Part shown: positions 38,333-50,512 of the stretch, one piece after another | How the letters are laid out: each line of letters opens with the position of its first letter | Position numbering within the stretch: position 1 is the first letter of the stretch | Origin: Batkoa obscura | Lineage: Eukaryota | DNA: 64,000 nt | Direction of reading: 5' to 3' | Assembly (NCBI GenBank): GCA_030770535.1 | Contig: JASVEC010000001.1 | Coordinates: 1,426,001 to 1,490,000, forward strand | Position numbers and translations under genes: made by a program | Notes under the pieces: generated by a model | Database searches by the model: none | Seen by the model: the letters and a program-made list of their open reading frames with translations, nothing else | Told to the model about the DNA's origin: nothing

Positions 38333-40147
38333 CTACAAAGAATATATCAGCTTTTCAGCAACTTCCAAAAAGGCCAAATTTACTTTTGCTGAGTTTGAAA
38401 AATATGGTGATGAGCTAAGCAATAATAATTTTGATTTTCCAGCAAGCAATAGCTGGGCAATTTCATTCATATCCCCAAACTTACGGTATCTCATGATAAA
38501 AATGACGCATTGAAACAGAGCTCCTATCATATCATGGGTGATTGAATGGACTGGAAGAAACATCATATTTTTTATAGCTTGTAAGGCTTCGTTTAGTATT
38601 TTTTGAATAAAAGTAGCTTTGGAATATTGTGGATCAAAGGAGAGTGACAAGTTACAATGATCGAATTCAGTGGGATCATTTTGATAGTATAAGCTTAAAG
38701 AGAATGAGAAGAATTTTATGTAATGGAATAAAAATTTGGCATGGCTTAAATAGGCATTTAGTAGCACTGAAATTTCATCGCTAACTTTTGTTTGACTCAT
38801 TTTACTCAATATAAATTGATAGTTGATAAAAACAGAGGTAAAATTATTTAAAATTATATTGACCCTTTTGTACACTTGGTCAAATGTCATTATTCTATCA
38901 ACTACTTTTACTTTGATCTCTACTATCTCATAATGGTAGTAAGAGTAGTCGCCCAAAAACTCATTAAACAGAATCGAAAGATGCTGCGATACATCTATAA
39001 AGGATGAATCTGGGTTGAATGGTTGTTGATTTAAACAATTTGCTAGTTCGTATTTTTTGGACTGTCTATAAAATCGAGGATAAGAATGATAAGAAGCTGA
39101 TGAGAAGACCATTAATACAAAGTAGATTGCATTATAAACCATCCTTCTTTCTATAATCAAATTTAAATCCATCTTTGGGCAAGCTAAATTTAAACCTAAT
39201 ATAGTCGTACTATTTGCTAAATAATACAAGAAACTGTTAGTTAATTTCAAGACCCATTTGAAGTTCCTTAAAGTCATTAGTAAGATAACTACGCATCGAA
39301 CCGTTTCTAGATTGTACTTGAGTTTATATGGATGCCTAAAACAATTAAATATCTCATTTTCACAGTAGTTCATTGCTTGAATCATATTATCATCTCTTTT
39401 TGCTTTATTTAACCCAGACGCTACAATAATTAATTTAGTAACATAATTAAGGGAATTGAAGTCAAATCTCTTAATATTAAATAGGGGGAGTAGATGGTGG
39501 TCGATACTAAAGTAGCTTCTTAAACTTTGAAAAATTAATGGCAAAGAGAAATGAGGATGGGATCGAGGTAAAGATAAAGTATTTAAATTTAAATAGTACC
39601 GTTTTTTAAGAAGTAAACTCATTTGAGTGGATATTGAAACAATTAATTTCACTCCATTATTAAAATTCTCCATTGGTGGGTATTGTAAAAAGGTCAATAA
39701 AGCGTCTCTTCCGCCTTTTATAGGTATGATTACAAGTATAGCTGAGGTCACTTTTATTAAATTGGATTTTATCCTAGACGAGTTATCTTTTTTATTTTGT
39801 ACTAACGAATTGTCACCCTCTATATGATCATTACTCTTTGGCGAAATTTGTTTACTAGTAGTTGACTCAGTCTTCATTTTAATATTAGTGCTTTTAAACG
39901 GATTAATTTTAAATGTTGATATTTTGTCTTCAAATTTGTATAATTTATTTGTCCTTTTGATTTGCCTTGATATTGTACATTCTAGATTACGCTCCTTACA
40001 ATAGCTACATTTTGGTATTTTTCGATCACAGCCTTTAGAGCGATAGTAGCAGTGATCACACCGATGCATGAATTTTTCTGACATAACAAGTGGTGATTTT
40101 AGTTTAAAACTTGGTAAACTCAGCAAAAGTCTTTGGTTATATATCAT
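38333..40147 (-). CDS. Zn(II)2Cys6 transcription factor
   Basis: CDHCYYRSKGCDRKIPKCSYCKERNLEC = CX2CX6CX6CX2CX6C, plus a fungal TF middle-homology-like region (LGLN..IERRMVY); true start may be Met22 (~40084). Confidence 0.9.
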   Translation of the reverse strand: MIYNQRLLLSLPSFKLKSPLVMSEKFMHRCDHCYYRSKGCDRKIPKCSYCKERNLECTISRQIKRTNKLYKFEDKISTFKINPFKSTNIKMKTESTTSKQISPKSNDHIEGDNSLVQNKKDNSSRIKSNLIKVTSAILVIIPIKGGRDALLTFLQYPPMENFNNGVKLIVSISTQMSLLLKKRYYLNLNTLSLPRSHPHFSLPLIFQSLRSYFSIDHHLLPLFNIKRFDFNSLNYVTKLIIVASGLNKAKRDDNMIQAMNYCENEIFNCFRHPYKLKYNLETVRCVVILLMTLRNFKWVLKLTNSFLYYLANSTTILGLNLACPKMDLNLIIERRMVYNAIYFVLMVFSSASYHSYPRFYRQSKKYELANCLNQQPFNPDSSFIDVSQHLSILFNEFLGDYSYYHYEIVEIKVKVVDRIMTFDQVYKRVNIILNNFTSVFINYQFILSKMSQTKVSDEISVLLNAYLSHAKFLFHYIKFFSFSLSLYYQNDPTEFDHCNLSLSFDPQYSKATFIQKILNEALQAIKNMMFLPVHSITHDMIGALFQCVIFIMRYRKFGDMNEIAQLLLAGKSKLLLLSSSPYFSNSAKVNLAFLEVAEKLIYSL

Positions 40148-40840
40148 TCAGTATTAGCTTATGATAGTTTAATTTAACATTTGGGCAGTATTTGAATTAA
40201 AGAATATTTTAAGAAACCAATTTCTTATAATACTATATTAGGAAATCCCTTTTTTTAAATGTTTCTTACAATCCCAAATTAGGAGCTTTTTTATAATTGA
40301 AATTGCAATTTTAATTTTGTTATGGATTCGAAATTAAGACTTCAATTTAAGCACTATTAAAAGCGAATAATTTAACATGTACAATTATTTTGTACAAATT
40401 GCGACTTTTGGTAAAGATAAAGTGTTCTATTTAATTTTAGTCCTTTCTATTCACATTTTATAACCAGTTGTAATAAAATTAATCAATTAAGCTACCTTTA
40501 AAATAACAAATTCTCAATTATTGAAATGTCATTATGATTGCCTATGAAATCAATGAAAATAAATATTATACAATAAGCTAAAAAGTTGACTATATTGATT
40601 TTAAACAATGGCAATATTATTTCTAAAGCTTTTGATTACGTGGTAAGAGTTTGACCTGCTCAATATATTTTTTGTAAAAAATAGTATCTTAAACCCTTAC
40701 AGGTATTTCATAATCTTATATCAGTATACTTCAGTCATCCATGAAATTTCCGACTATCTCGAATTTTGATAAAAGAACGCTAATTAATCAATATTGTATA
40801 AATAAGGTAATTGCACAAATCAAGTTCTTATGGTTTAGTT

Positions 40841-40880
40841 CCTTTTATCTCAAAAGAATTGGCTCTTTTGAGATAAAAGG
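40841..40880. repeat. Perfect 17 bp inverted repeat with 6 nt spacer
   Basis: CCTTTTATCTCAAAAGA-ATTGGC-TCTTTTGAGATAAAAGG. Confidence 0.9.
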
Positions 40881-42049
40881 TCAGCTATAGTTTAAATATA
40901 TTGAAAGATGTGAGTTAATTTATATCTAAAGTTTGATTTTTTCCGATTTTAATCAATTGTGAAGAATGTAGATAAAGTATAAGTGCCAAAAAAATAAATA
41001 TGATTTTTTATTAAAGTAACTGAATAATTTTTCTAATATCTTCTATTTTAATTTTTCATTTAGTTTTATAAATTTTACAACTTTAAACAAATTAATACAC
41101 GAAAAACTATTTTAATTTCAACCCAACTATAAAACTCATCCATATATTAAAAACTTATTTCATTATTGAAACGTTTACTAACAATAGCGAAGCAAATATA
41201 TATTTTCTTGTAACTTGTAATGTTATGCTTCGATCTTAATTCTACATTTCTATATATTTTGTGGAAGTTATAGTACTTTAAATAGTCAAATTTTATAATA
41301 GCTGGAGTTCTTATTTTTTGATACAGTTAAATAAAATAAGTTAAATGGAGTTTAATTAAGATTTAATTTTAATAGTTAAATCAAACTTATTTAACATAAA
41401 AGCACATTTACTATAACAGTACAGGATAAGAACATAGTCCAGTAAAGCATTTCAATAACTCGTCAAAAAAAATCTGTAAGGAAAAAAGCCAACAAATTTT
41501 TAACATGTGCTCGATTACATTGAACTTTCAATCCATTAATTACTATAAATTAAAGATATGGTTGAGTCTTTTTAGATTCCACTTATTCTGTTAGTTATGT
41601 AGACATTATTAAAACTATAGCTCAAACTAATAAAATTCCTTTTGCAGTTTTAGATAAAGTTAAATTCAGTATTTTATTATTTACTAGTTTTTTACTCTTA
41701 GCTTTTTATTTTAAATAACCTATCAATTTAAATAAACGGTTGTTTTTCAATATGTTTGATAAATTCTAATGGACATTGCCATTAAATTGAGTATTTCATT
41801 TTTAAAATTAAGGATAAAGGTTGCAAAAATACTCTTTTTAGAAAAAAAGAAAGAATTAGCAGTAACGCATCCCAATTTTATAAAGTCGGTATCACTATTT
41901 AAATTATACTCCAAGAGAAATTTTTGTAACACTACATTATAATCATCTAAAATATTGCAGTAGAAATGGGCGTAATATGCACAATTTTTGCAACTATCGG
42001 CAATAATCCACATGTATCATTGTATTGAAGATTCAAAGTAGTTATAATA

Positions 42050-43426
42050 AAACAAGGTTTCTATTTTGCTAATACAATTTACACCATTTGATTAAGTTCA
42101 GGCTTAGAATCATCAAATGAAAAATTCGGATCTTTAATAACGAACACCATATTATCATGAGTTGGTTCAGGGATTGGCTTAGGTGCTTTTCCCAAAATAC
42201 ATAAATTTACGATTTTTTTATATAAGAAATAAACTAAAATAAAATAGGTAACAAAACAACCCCTGAAAGCCCACCAATGATTGCAGGTATTTGGCTTTTT
42301 AGTTTCAAGTCTTCTGTTTCTTTTACAGAAGGTAACCGATCTACTAAAGTGAAATTACTTAAGCAGATAATTTGTGTTTTTAAAGAAAATTCCAAATGCA
42401 CACCAAAAGTGTACAAAAGATGTCCATTTTAATGCTCCAAATAACCCCAAATAAAACTAATGAATCTTAGCATAATGTTTTTCCCAATTAAGGTTATCTA
42501 AATTTAAGACATAAAGCGTGCTGTCAACAAAATGGTCAAAATTGATAGCATCAGAGCCACCCACTATGTAAATAAGATTACCAACTTTTTTAAAACCAAA
42601 ACCATACCGTGGATTTGGAGCTTCCCCTGTTGTAGTTTGATGATACCATTTTTCACCTTCAATACTAAAACCAATGATAGTTTCAAGCTTATTAATTTTT
42701 TCGAAAAGTACAGTCTCACCTCTAAATATCATTAAAATTCCAATATGTATAATCGAGCTATGACTACTAGCTAAATATCCTCCTTTTTTCCCACTAGTCC
42801 TTCATGTGGTATCTTTAGTGTTATATATTATTAATCCAGGATAATACCCAACTTCTTGCTCATCTCCTTTTTTGTTAAAATATTCTCTATTAAATAACAC
42901 CAATTCATCTGAATTTAGATTGTTCTGAGTTAAGGTTGGTTTATGAGGTCCATAAGGCCCATAATTTAATGGATGATTGTCTGATTTGGTATAATTCAAG
43001 CTCTTAATGAACTGGTTCCCATTGTGATCTATTTTCCAGTTTTTATTTTGAACATTAAACATCTTTATACTTTCATTAAGTAGTGTCAATGCTTCTCCTA
43101 CAACCGTAACTCCTTCTGAACTATCAATCATTTTAATATTACTCTGAAAGGCTGATATATTTGAATGATGATCTTTGAGTGGATTAAATTCCCAATGTAC
43201 TTTCGACTACCATTTAATTCTATTTCACCTTTTAGATCTAAATTGTAAAATCCAATATTTAACGTATTTTCATTTTAATCACCTTTCTTAAAATTTGACC
43301 AAAGAAAACTACCCAAATATATAACTCTTATTATTGATTAGTATTTCACTTGGTCCAGATAGCTCTGGTAAATCTGAACAACTTAAATATTAAAAAACAA
43401 TAGTAATAAAAGCAGTAGCTTCATAA
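42050..43426 (-). pseudogene. Kelch-repeat membrane protein pseudogene
   Basis: GEAPNPRYGFGFKKVGNLIYIVGG..LYVLNLDNLNW kelch repeat, TM-like AIIGGLSGVVLLPILF; in-frame TGA at a kelch Trp position (42802), further stop and frameshift; ends approximate. Confidence 0.7.
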
Positions 43427-45018
43427 AATTTAAACAAAACCTCTTTAAAATACTTTCTAACTTTCTGATTTTTAAATCCTTCCAATATTTGAAGGAATAG
43501 GAACGTTTGGTTTAATATGAAACAAATTGATTTGTTAGTTGCCAAAAACCTTATTTGGAAATTCATTAAGAATTGTTATTATAAGGTTCAATCACAAACA
43601 TTAAAAAGTTTAACAAAGTTGTTTACAAGTATTGTATAAGTACGGCGCTGTCATAAACAACGAGTAGATAGAGCATCTCAGTTAATTTTTCTCCCCTTGC
43701 ATTTCAATCTACATAAATTAAATCTTTATCTAAAGCTGGCACATCAGAAGTAGAATACATCACACCAATCGCATAGCTTTCTTCCCTTCTCACTCTCAGT
43801 TTTTTATTGTCCAGCTTATGACTTAAATTTCTTACTAATATATCATTTGGAATTTCATCTCCTTTAAGGTTTAAAAAAAATCTTTTTTGAATAAATTATA
43901 GCAAAATTACCAAATATAAATTTAACTTACATGCAATAAATTTATTAAAAATTGATATATTTATTACATTACTTTAGAAAGTTTTTATCGCTACGACTTT
44001 ATATGTAGTGAATTTAAAAGCACATCAAAATTATCAAAGAACTCTTTTATTTAATAATATTTAAATTTATACTTTAGTTATCAATTACTGAAAAACACGC
44101 CTGTTCTAACCCTTTTAAGGAATTTTAATTGTTCATTTAAGAGTAAAATTTTCTGAAAAATTCTGCCAAAATTTATAGCTGTGCTTCAAAAAAAATCATT
44201 TAATCAAATATTTAATTATAAGGATCACTGCTAATTACTTCATTAAAGAGTTAGAGCACCTGTAAAGTTTAGAGTTGACTTTTAAGACTCCAGTAGTTTT
44301 GAAATGCAGTATCTTTGCTTTTTATTTCAAAAAATGATGAAAAATATCTTAAAACGGGGTATGAGCTGCCCCATATGACAGTGTTTATCACACAAAACAA
44401 CCTTTAATAGCTTTGTGCTTTAGAATTATAAAACAGATATTATTTAGGTAAATAATCTAGTGTTAAATGAATTTTTAAATTTAACAAACTCAGGGTTAGT
44501 AAACAAAATGGAGTTTATTAACTCAATTAAAATCCAATCATTTTAAATACTTAATAATAACTATTGTGGCTTCAAGTTTTGGATTTTGGTAAAAGAACTA
44601 TAACAGTTAATAGTGTAATTTTATGGAATATTGGTATAGTAAACCAGTTTAGTATAATCCTTATTTCAAAATAAAGATTATCTATACTATAAAAAACACA
44701 ATCGTAATATACAATATCAAAAAAAGCATCTCGATCTTTTAGTGTTTTTATTAAAACAACTAAAAAACATGTTTAGAAAGGTGACAATCCAATATATCCA
44801 ATGTATCTAATATAAACATAATAGAAAAAGTAATATTATATATTTGTACGTATTCATTGTCAACCGGAAAATCTAAAATCCACTGCTATAGAAAACCATA
44901 AAGCACTACAAAACATAAGAGAGGTTTTGATGATTTATAATTAACATCAACTGAAAATGAATACATTGATGATAGCGATCCTCATACTTTTGAAAGCAGC
45001 GTAAATATATCCCCATCC

Positions 45019-46386
45019 ATGAAAGTAGCATTAACACTAGTATCAATACTATCAACAAAATTATTGAGAGACAGTTTATTCTTAATTTTACAATATCCTC
45101 CATTAAACAATTTTAATAAGGGAATTGAGCTAATGGTATCTTTGGTCACACAAATGAACAAGTCAAGTAGATCAAGATATGTGACTGGACTAGAGCTACT
45201 TCCGAAAGTTGAGAAACCCCATTATACTCCTTCACTTATACTTTTAGAGATAAGAAATTACCTGAAAGCTAAGCATGCTACTGTGCCAATATTCAATTTA
45301 CTAGTACTCGATTTTGATTTGTGTCGCGATTTGACTAAGCTGGCAATAGTTACATGTGGATTGAAATCAAATAGGCATAAAAAGGCAGTTGAGCTAGTTA
45401 ACTATTGCGAAATTCACCTGCATTCGTATTTTAAAACACCATATAATTGTAAACCAACTCTAAATACTCTTCAAAGTATTATTATTTTACTTTTGGGATT
45501 ACGACAGTTTAAATGGATAGCTAAGTTTGCTACAGAACTTATCAATTATTTGGTCCAGGCTAAAGACATTTTAGGATTGCAATTTACATGCCCAAAATTG
45601 AGTTCAGAAGTAAAGATTGAAAGAAAAATGGTATTTAATTCAATAAATTATATAGTAACTATGTTTTCAACTGCATCTTATTTTGTGCATCCGACTATTC
45701 AAGATTATCCCAATAAGTTAAGTAGTTCAGTGGATTTTGATCTTAAGAAACTAAATTTGAAATCAACTCAAAGTGTTATTCACACCTGTTCATTATCGTT
45801 TAATAGCTTTCTGGAAGAGTTTTCGTATTATTTTGATAAAATAATATTTATAAAAGCACAAATAGTCGAAAAACTAGTCACGTTTGAAGATTGCTATATT
45901 AATATTCAGTTAATAATTAATGATTTTACTATTAGTTTCAATAAATACCAAAGATTAATCAAAAGTTTCAAGTTAACAAGTATAAGCATCCTGTACGCAA
46001 ATCTTTTAGATATTTACATTTGCCAAGGTTATTATTTATATAATTATTTCAAATTCTTTTCTCTTTCCTTAAAATCATTCCATATCATTAATCAAACGTC
46101 AACTCAAGCTTATACCAATTTATTGATTACCAACGCTTTAAATGTGGTCAAGTATATTTTGAAAATGCCTTTAGATTACATCTCCCATATTATGATTGCT
46201 GTCTTATATCATTGTTTGTTATTTCTTCTAAGAAATAGAAACCCAGAATACATTAAACTTATTGATTCTGCAGTAGTGTTAGCAAAATCCAAACTTCTTG
46301 TCTTGGCTTTACCACCTTATAATTCTTCTTCTGAAGCCTTTAATTTAAAATTGTTAGAGGTTATTGAGCAACTTACTCTCCTTTGA
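45019..46386 (+). CDS. Paralog of the 38333-40147 transcription factor lacking the Zn cluster (truncated gene or pseudogene)
   Basis: Shared LQYPPxxNFNxG, ILGLxxxCPK, IERxMVxN, FSxASY, FKFFxxSL, KSKLL; homologous frame runs upstream to TAA at 44938. Confidence 0.75.
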   Translation: MKVALTLVSILSTKLLRDSLFLILQYPPLNNFNKGIELMVSLVTQMNKSSRSRYVTGLELLPKVEKPHYTPSLILLEIRNYLKAKHATVPIFNLLVLDFDLCRDLTKLAIVTCGLKSNRHKKAVELVNYCEIHLHSYFKTPYNCKPTLNTLQSIIILLLGLRQFKWIAKFATELINYLVQAKDILGLQFTCPKLSSEVKIERKMVFNSINYIVTMFSTASYFVHPTIQDYPNKLSSSVDFDLKKLNLKSTQSVIHTCSLSFNSFLEEFSYYFDKIIFIKAQIVEKLVTFEDCYINIQLIINDFTISFNKYQRLIKSFKLTSISILYANLLDIYICQGYYLYNYFKFFSLSLKSFHIINQTSTQAYTNLLITNALNVVKYILKMPLDYISHIMIAVLYHCLLFLLRNRNPEYIKLIDSAVVLAKSKLLVLALPPYNSSSEAFNLKLLEVIEQLTLL

Positions 46387-46618
46387 TATTTACAATTATA
46401 AAAGTAAAATTTTAGAGCTCTAGTTTTTAATTTTTTAGTACTCAATAATTTTAGTTTATATTATTAAAAGTGTCACAACATAATTTCATTATACTAGTTT
46501 TGCATTAGAGATTTTTAACACATTAACTATTTTTCATTCATTAGAATTAATATATATGCCTATAAACTATATCACTTTAATTAATTAAGATTATATAAAT
46601 TAATTATTAAAGTAATAA

Positions 46619-46713
46619 GGGGGAGTATTTTTTGTTTAAGGATCTTACTAACAATTTTTCCGCTTAAATAGTGCTTAAAAATAGAAAAAGTAATGAAACC
46701 AAAAAAACATCCC
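46619..46713 (+). mobile_element. ~100 bp MITE family, copy 7
   Basis: GGGGGAGTATTTTTTGTTTAAG...AAAAAAACATCCC. Confidence 0.83.
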
Positions 46714-47202
46714 ATAACTTCTAATATTGACTATTTTTGGTTATCCATCAATATGGAAAGTTTGGATTATTTAAGGCATTAAAAGTTATAAAAGGGTTGT
46801 GGAAGAGAAAGATAGTGGAGAGAAGAGCACCTTATTCGAGGATAAAATGATGATTAATGGGGAAATTTACTTCTTGATAGTATAACACCTTGCAGGTAGA
46901 ATATTGTTTGTGGAATAGTTAAATTCAGTGATATTTATTATTTTTTAAAATCGATAAATTTTTAATTTTTAAAAAAAGCTTGATTAAAAAAGGTTAAAAT
47001 TTTCCATTCTACTTTTTTTATCCATTTTATATGTAGCGTAAATTTTTGAAATTTTTTAAATGGCTAAAAAATGTTCCCATGTGAGTAGTTTTAAAATTAA
47101 ACAAAACTAATCTCATAGCACCTTCTGCGCTTAATCCACGATTTTGCTAAAAATCTAAATTAGACAAAAATTGAACCGAGCTTTTAAACTAATCCATATT
47201 AT

Positions 47203-47853
47203 ATGTATATAAAATATTAATTTAATACATTTAATATGAAATAAAATATTAAATTTTACACAAGGTATAGAAAATCGGACTGGTTTTGAATGGTTAAAGA
47301 TAGGGCAAATTTGGCTCCAATTGTTGCTAAATTCAAGTATAAGTTAATAAAGCAATCTAAAACTGCTACAGTTTCTTTTATACCCCAAAACTATCCTACT
47401 TTCAGACAAAAATATTTGCTGTTGCAACCAATGACTTTAAAATTAATTTTAGTCCAAAAAATCAGATTACTTTATAAATTACCGTATATAAAATATTTGG
47501 TAGATTAGTTGGTATTATTATGAAATTTTTTCTAATAAGCAAGTTTTTTTATTTACCAGTATTTTTATATAAGGTAATTTATAAAGTAATCTGATTTTTT
47601 GGACTAAAATTAATTTTAAAGTCATTGGTTGCAACAGCAAATATTTTTGTCTGAAAGTAGGATAGTTTTGGGGTATAAAAGAAACTGTAGCAGTTTTAGA
47701 TTGCTTTATTAACTTATACTTGAATTTAGCAACAATTGGAGCCAAATTTGCCCTATCTTTAACCATTCAAAACCAGTCCGATTTTCTATACCTTGTGTAA
47801 AATTTAATATTTTATTTCATATTAAATGCATTAAGCTAATATTTTATATGCAT
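47203..47853. repeat. ~650 bp near-perfect palindrome (arms ~300 bp, spacer ~50 bp); foldback element or hairpin locus
   Basis: Arms ~47203-47503 and ~47553-47853 are reverse complements; mirror ORFs 47290-47508(+) and 47518-47766(-) give the same translation for about 68 codons. Confidence 0.95.
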
Positions 47854-48297
47854 GTTATTGTATATAAAAATGATATAAATGTAAAAAAAAATAGCACCTT
47901 TCAACTGTCAGATTTGGCGAAAGGAATAATTTAATATTAAATATTTAAAGTTTTGGTACATTTTTATACGCAATCTCCTTGATCATGTTTTGCATCTAAC
48001 CACTTAACCAAAAATAAGAGGTTTGATGTGTAAAATGATGAGTATCAATGACAATTAATGCTAAGAATAAGATGAAAAGAGGTAAGTCAATGGTCTCTAG
48101 ATATAACGGAAATATTGAGATGAAATATAAAAAAGAATAAAGTATTTTAAAGGAAAGATTAAAGACTATATAAACAAAGGGAAAAATATTTTGATTTAAT
48201 AATAACTAAACTAAATTCATTAGTTTATAATCGCTATATAATTTTCTATTATCCCTACTTAATACAATCAATAATAATAGTTATCTCTGTATAAATT

Positions 48298-48822
48298 ATG
48301 AAATTTAATACCTTAATCTTTACTCTTACTACCTTCTACTCCATTCAATCTTCCCCTATTCAGCCTCAATCAAATAATTATTCCAACAACTTTCAACCTC
48401 AATCTAACAATAAACGTCCAAATAGTTATGGTCACCCCAGTCAAGACCTTACCAGTGGTATCAATGGTAAAGTAACCGATACTATGTTTGGTACTAGTGG
48501 TGCCAATGGTGGCTTAACAGATACCCTATTTAGTGCTGGTGGCCCCGTTGGTGGGGTTTTTACTGGAATTACTAGTGATAATAACGGTGGAGGGTTACCT
48601 AATCTACCAGTAATAGGAAATATAGCTGGAGGGAAAGGGTATGGTAACCTTGCTAGTGGACTTCCATTAGCTGGTGATATGATGCAAACAATCAGCGGTG
48701 GAAATATCATGCCAGGGCTCCCAATGGTTGATGGGATAATGGGTAACTCTAAAAATAATGGGGTTGCGTCAGGGCTTCCACTTGTTGGTGGTAAGCTCTC
48801 TAGTTATGGGGTCGGAGTTTAA
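48298..48822 (+). CDS. Secreted Gly-rich protein with LP(V/L/M)xG repeats (family C)
   Basis: Signal peptide MKFNTLIFTLTTFYSIQS-SP; GGLTDTLFSAGGPVGG; four LPxxG modules; C-end KLSSYGVGV. Confidence 0.85.
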   Translation: MKFNTLIFTLTTFYSIQSSPIQPQSNNYSNNFQPQSNNKRPNSYGHPSQDLTSGINGKVTDTMFGTSGANGGLTDTLFSAGGPVGGVFTGITSDNNGGGLPNLPVIGNIAGGKGYGNLASGLPLAGDMMQTISGGNIMPGLPMVDGIMGNSKNNGVASGLPLVGGKLSSYGVGV

Positions 48823-49077
48823 GCGTTGGTTTTTTAAATAAAATTGGGCTTTATTTTGAATCTTATTCATTTTTGTATCATTTTGTTAAAATCATGTTTC
48901 GTTGCTATATAATAATAATAAGAGTACTATCCTAGGGTAGAAGTAATTTTGTAATGGGTTTTAAAAAGCTATAACTATGAAAAAATAATTATGAATTCAG
49001 AAAATTAAACTATATAATATTTTACTTTGTTTAAGAATATTACACTTTTACTTTGTCGATTTTATCACAAAACATAT

Positions 49078-49174
49078 GGGGATGTATTTTTGTATTTAAG
49101 GATTTTACTACCACTTTTTCCGTTCAGATAGCGCTTAAGAGATGGAAAAAGTGATGAAGCTAAAAAAACATCCC
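49078..49174 (+). mobile_element. ~100 bp MITE family, copy 8
   Basis: TA-TGGGGATGTATTTTTG...AAAAAAACATCCC. Confidence 0.83.
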
Positions 49175-49233
49175 TACATACTTCCAATACATTTCAAAAT
49201 TAATTTTTCACTAAAAGCATACAAACTTTATTA

Positions 49234-49329
49234 GGGGTGTTTTTTTGGTTCCATCACTTTTTCGATTTATTAAATGTTATTGAGTAGAAAATTTGCTAAT
49301 AGAATTCTTATATTAAAAAAGGCATCCAC
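49234..49329 (-). mobile_element. ~100 bp MITE family, copy 9 (inverted, ~60 bp from copy 8)
   Basis: GGGGTGTTTTTTTGGTTCCATCACTTTTTC...GCATCCAC; diverged reverse match. Confidence 0.75.
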
Positions 49330-50221
49330 ATATTTTATGCTACTTTTTTTAAAAATCCTAGAAGGACGAACCTCTAAGTGGTTTATTTCCTTAATAATAA
49401 AATGCTAAAAGTAGGCCAGAGGTGAGACTAGTCATCTGGTTAGGTTCTCTTTACCATTTTTGCTATTAGATACCTTAGAAACAAAATGAGAGAAATCTAT
49501 ACACCAAGCAATTTTAGAATTAAAGTTGGATAGTGCGGGTAAAATGCTTAGGATGTTATCTGCAATCATATGCAGACTAAATTTAAGTGATGAGGTGGCC
49601 GAGTACCATAGTTTTCAAATAGAGTTGTAAGAGAAGAAGTGGTTTCCCTATTTCATAATGCCTTTATCCCAAAATAAATAACTGCTTTAATAGATACGGT
49701 ATTTTCAACCTATCACACTTATCTCAAGAAAAATGCTTGAATGAACTGCTATTGAGATTATTCAACAATAACTCAAAACAAAAATAAACAAAAACGAAAT
49801 ATTGTATGAGAATTAGTGTAACTTTAATTATAGTTATTAAGTTGCGTTACTATGTTTCATAATTTGTTTATCTAGGCTTTGAGTTATTGTTGAAAATATT
49901 CATATAGATTGTTTTTTTTCTTGAAATAAACATAATAGGTTAACAATACTTTATATAAATAGTATTATAATTTATTATAGTTTTGAATTGATTAAATTGG
50001 GGGTAAACCAAGTAATATTAGTTGCGATAAATGTGATAAAAAATAAATATCTATAAATATTTTAAATAATAGCTAAAATAATTGATTAATTAATTATATA
50101 AAAAATGGAAAAGTTTGAAATTACTATTTCAATATGCATGTTTTTTTTAGCTCAATTATTTTAAACTCCTTTTCAATTTTTCAAGTCTTAACATCACTTA
50201 TAATCTTTCTCTTTCTCTCAA

Positions 50222-50512
50222 ATGAAACTTATAATTTTAATTGTATCTCTCTTCATTTTTTATCCCATTATCTCTGTCCTACTTTAAAATAGAAATAATT
50301 CTAGCAATCCATTGAACAGTTTATTAGATATAATATTTGGTGCTAGATCTGATGGAGGTTCAATATAGCTTATCTTTGGTGGAGGTAATCTATTTAACAA
50401 AATAATTAGTACATCAAATCGAGTTACTAATAATAACACTCAATCATCAGCTAATTTAAATGAAATGAATGAAAGTCGTGGTATAGTAAATAGTTTACCA
50501 ATCGATAATTAA
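50222..50512 (+). pseudogene. Family C pseudogene, closest to 61241-61549
   Basis: MKLIILIVSLFIFYPIISVLL*NRNNSSNPLNSLLDIIFGARSDGGSI*LIFGGGN..GIVNSLPIDN*; TAA at 50285 where paralogs have CAA (LQRR). Confidence 0.85.

Noticed and set aside
43640..43870. Possible coding relic on the minus strand (..REESYAIGVMYSTSDVPALDKDLIYVD*)
   Set aside because: Short, interrupted, and I cannot assign a family without a search
47290..47766. Two near-identical 72/82-aa ORFs as a duplicated gene pair
   Set aside because: They are a by-product of the palindrome; no recognisable domain
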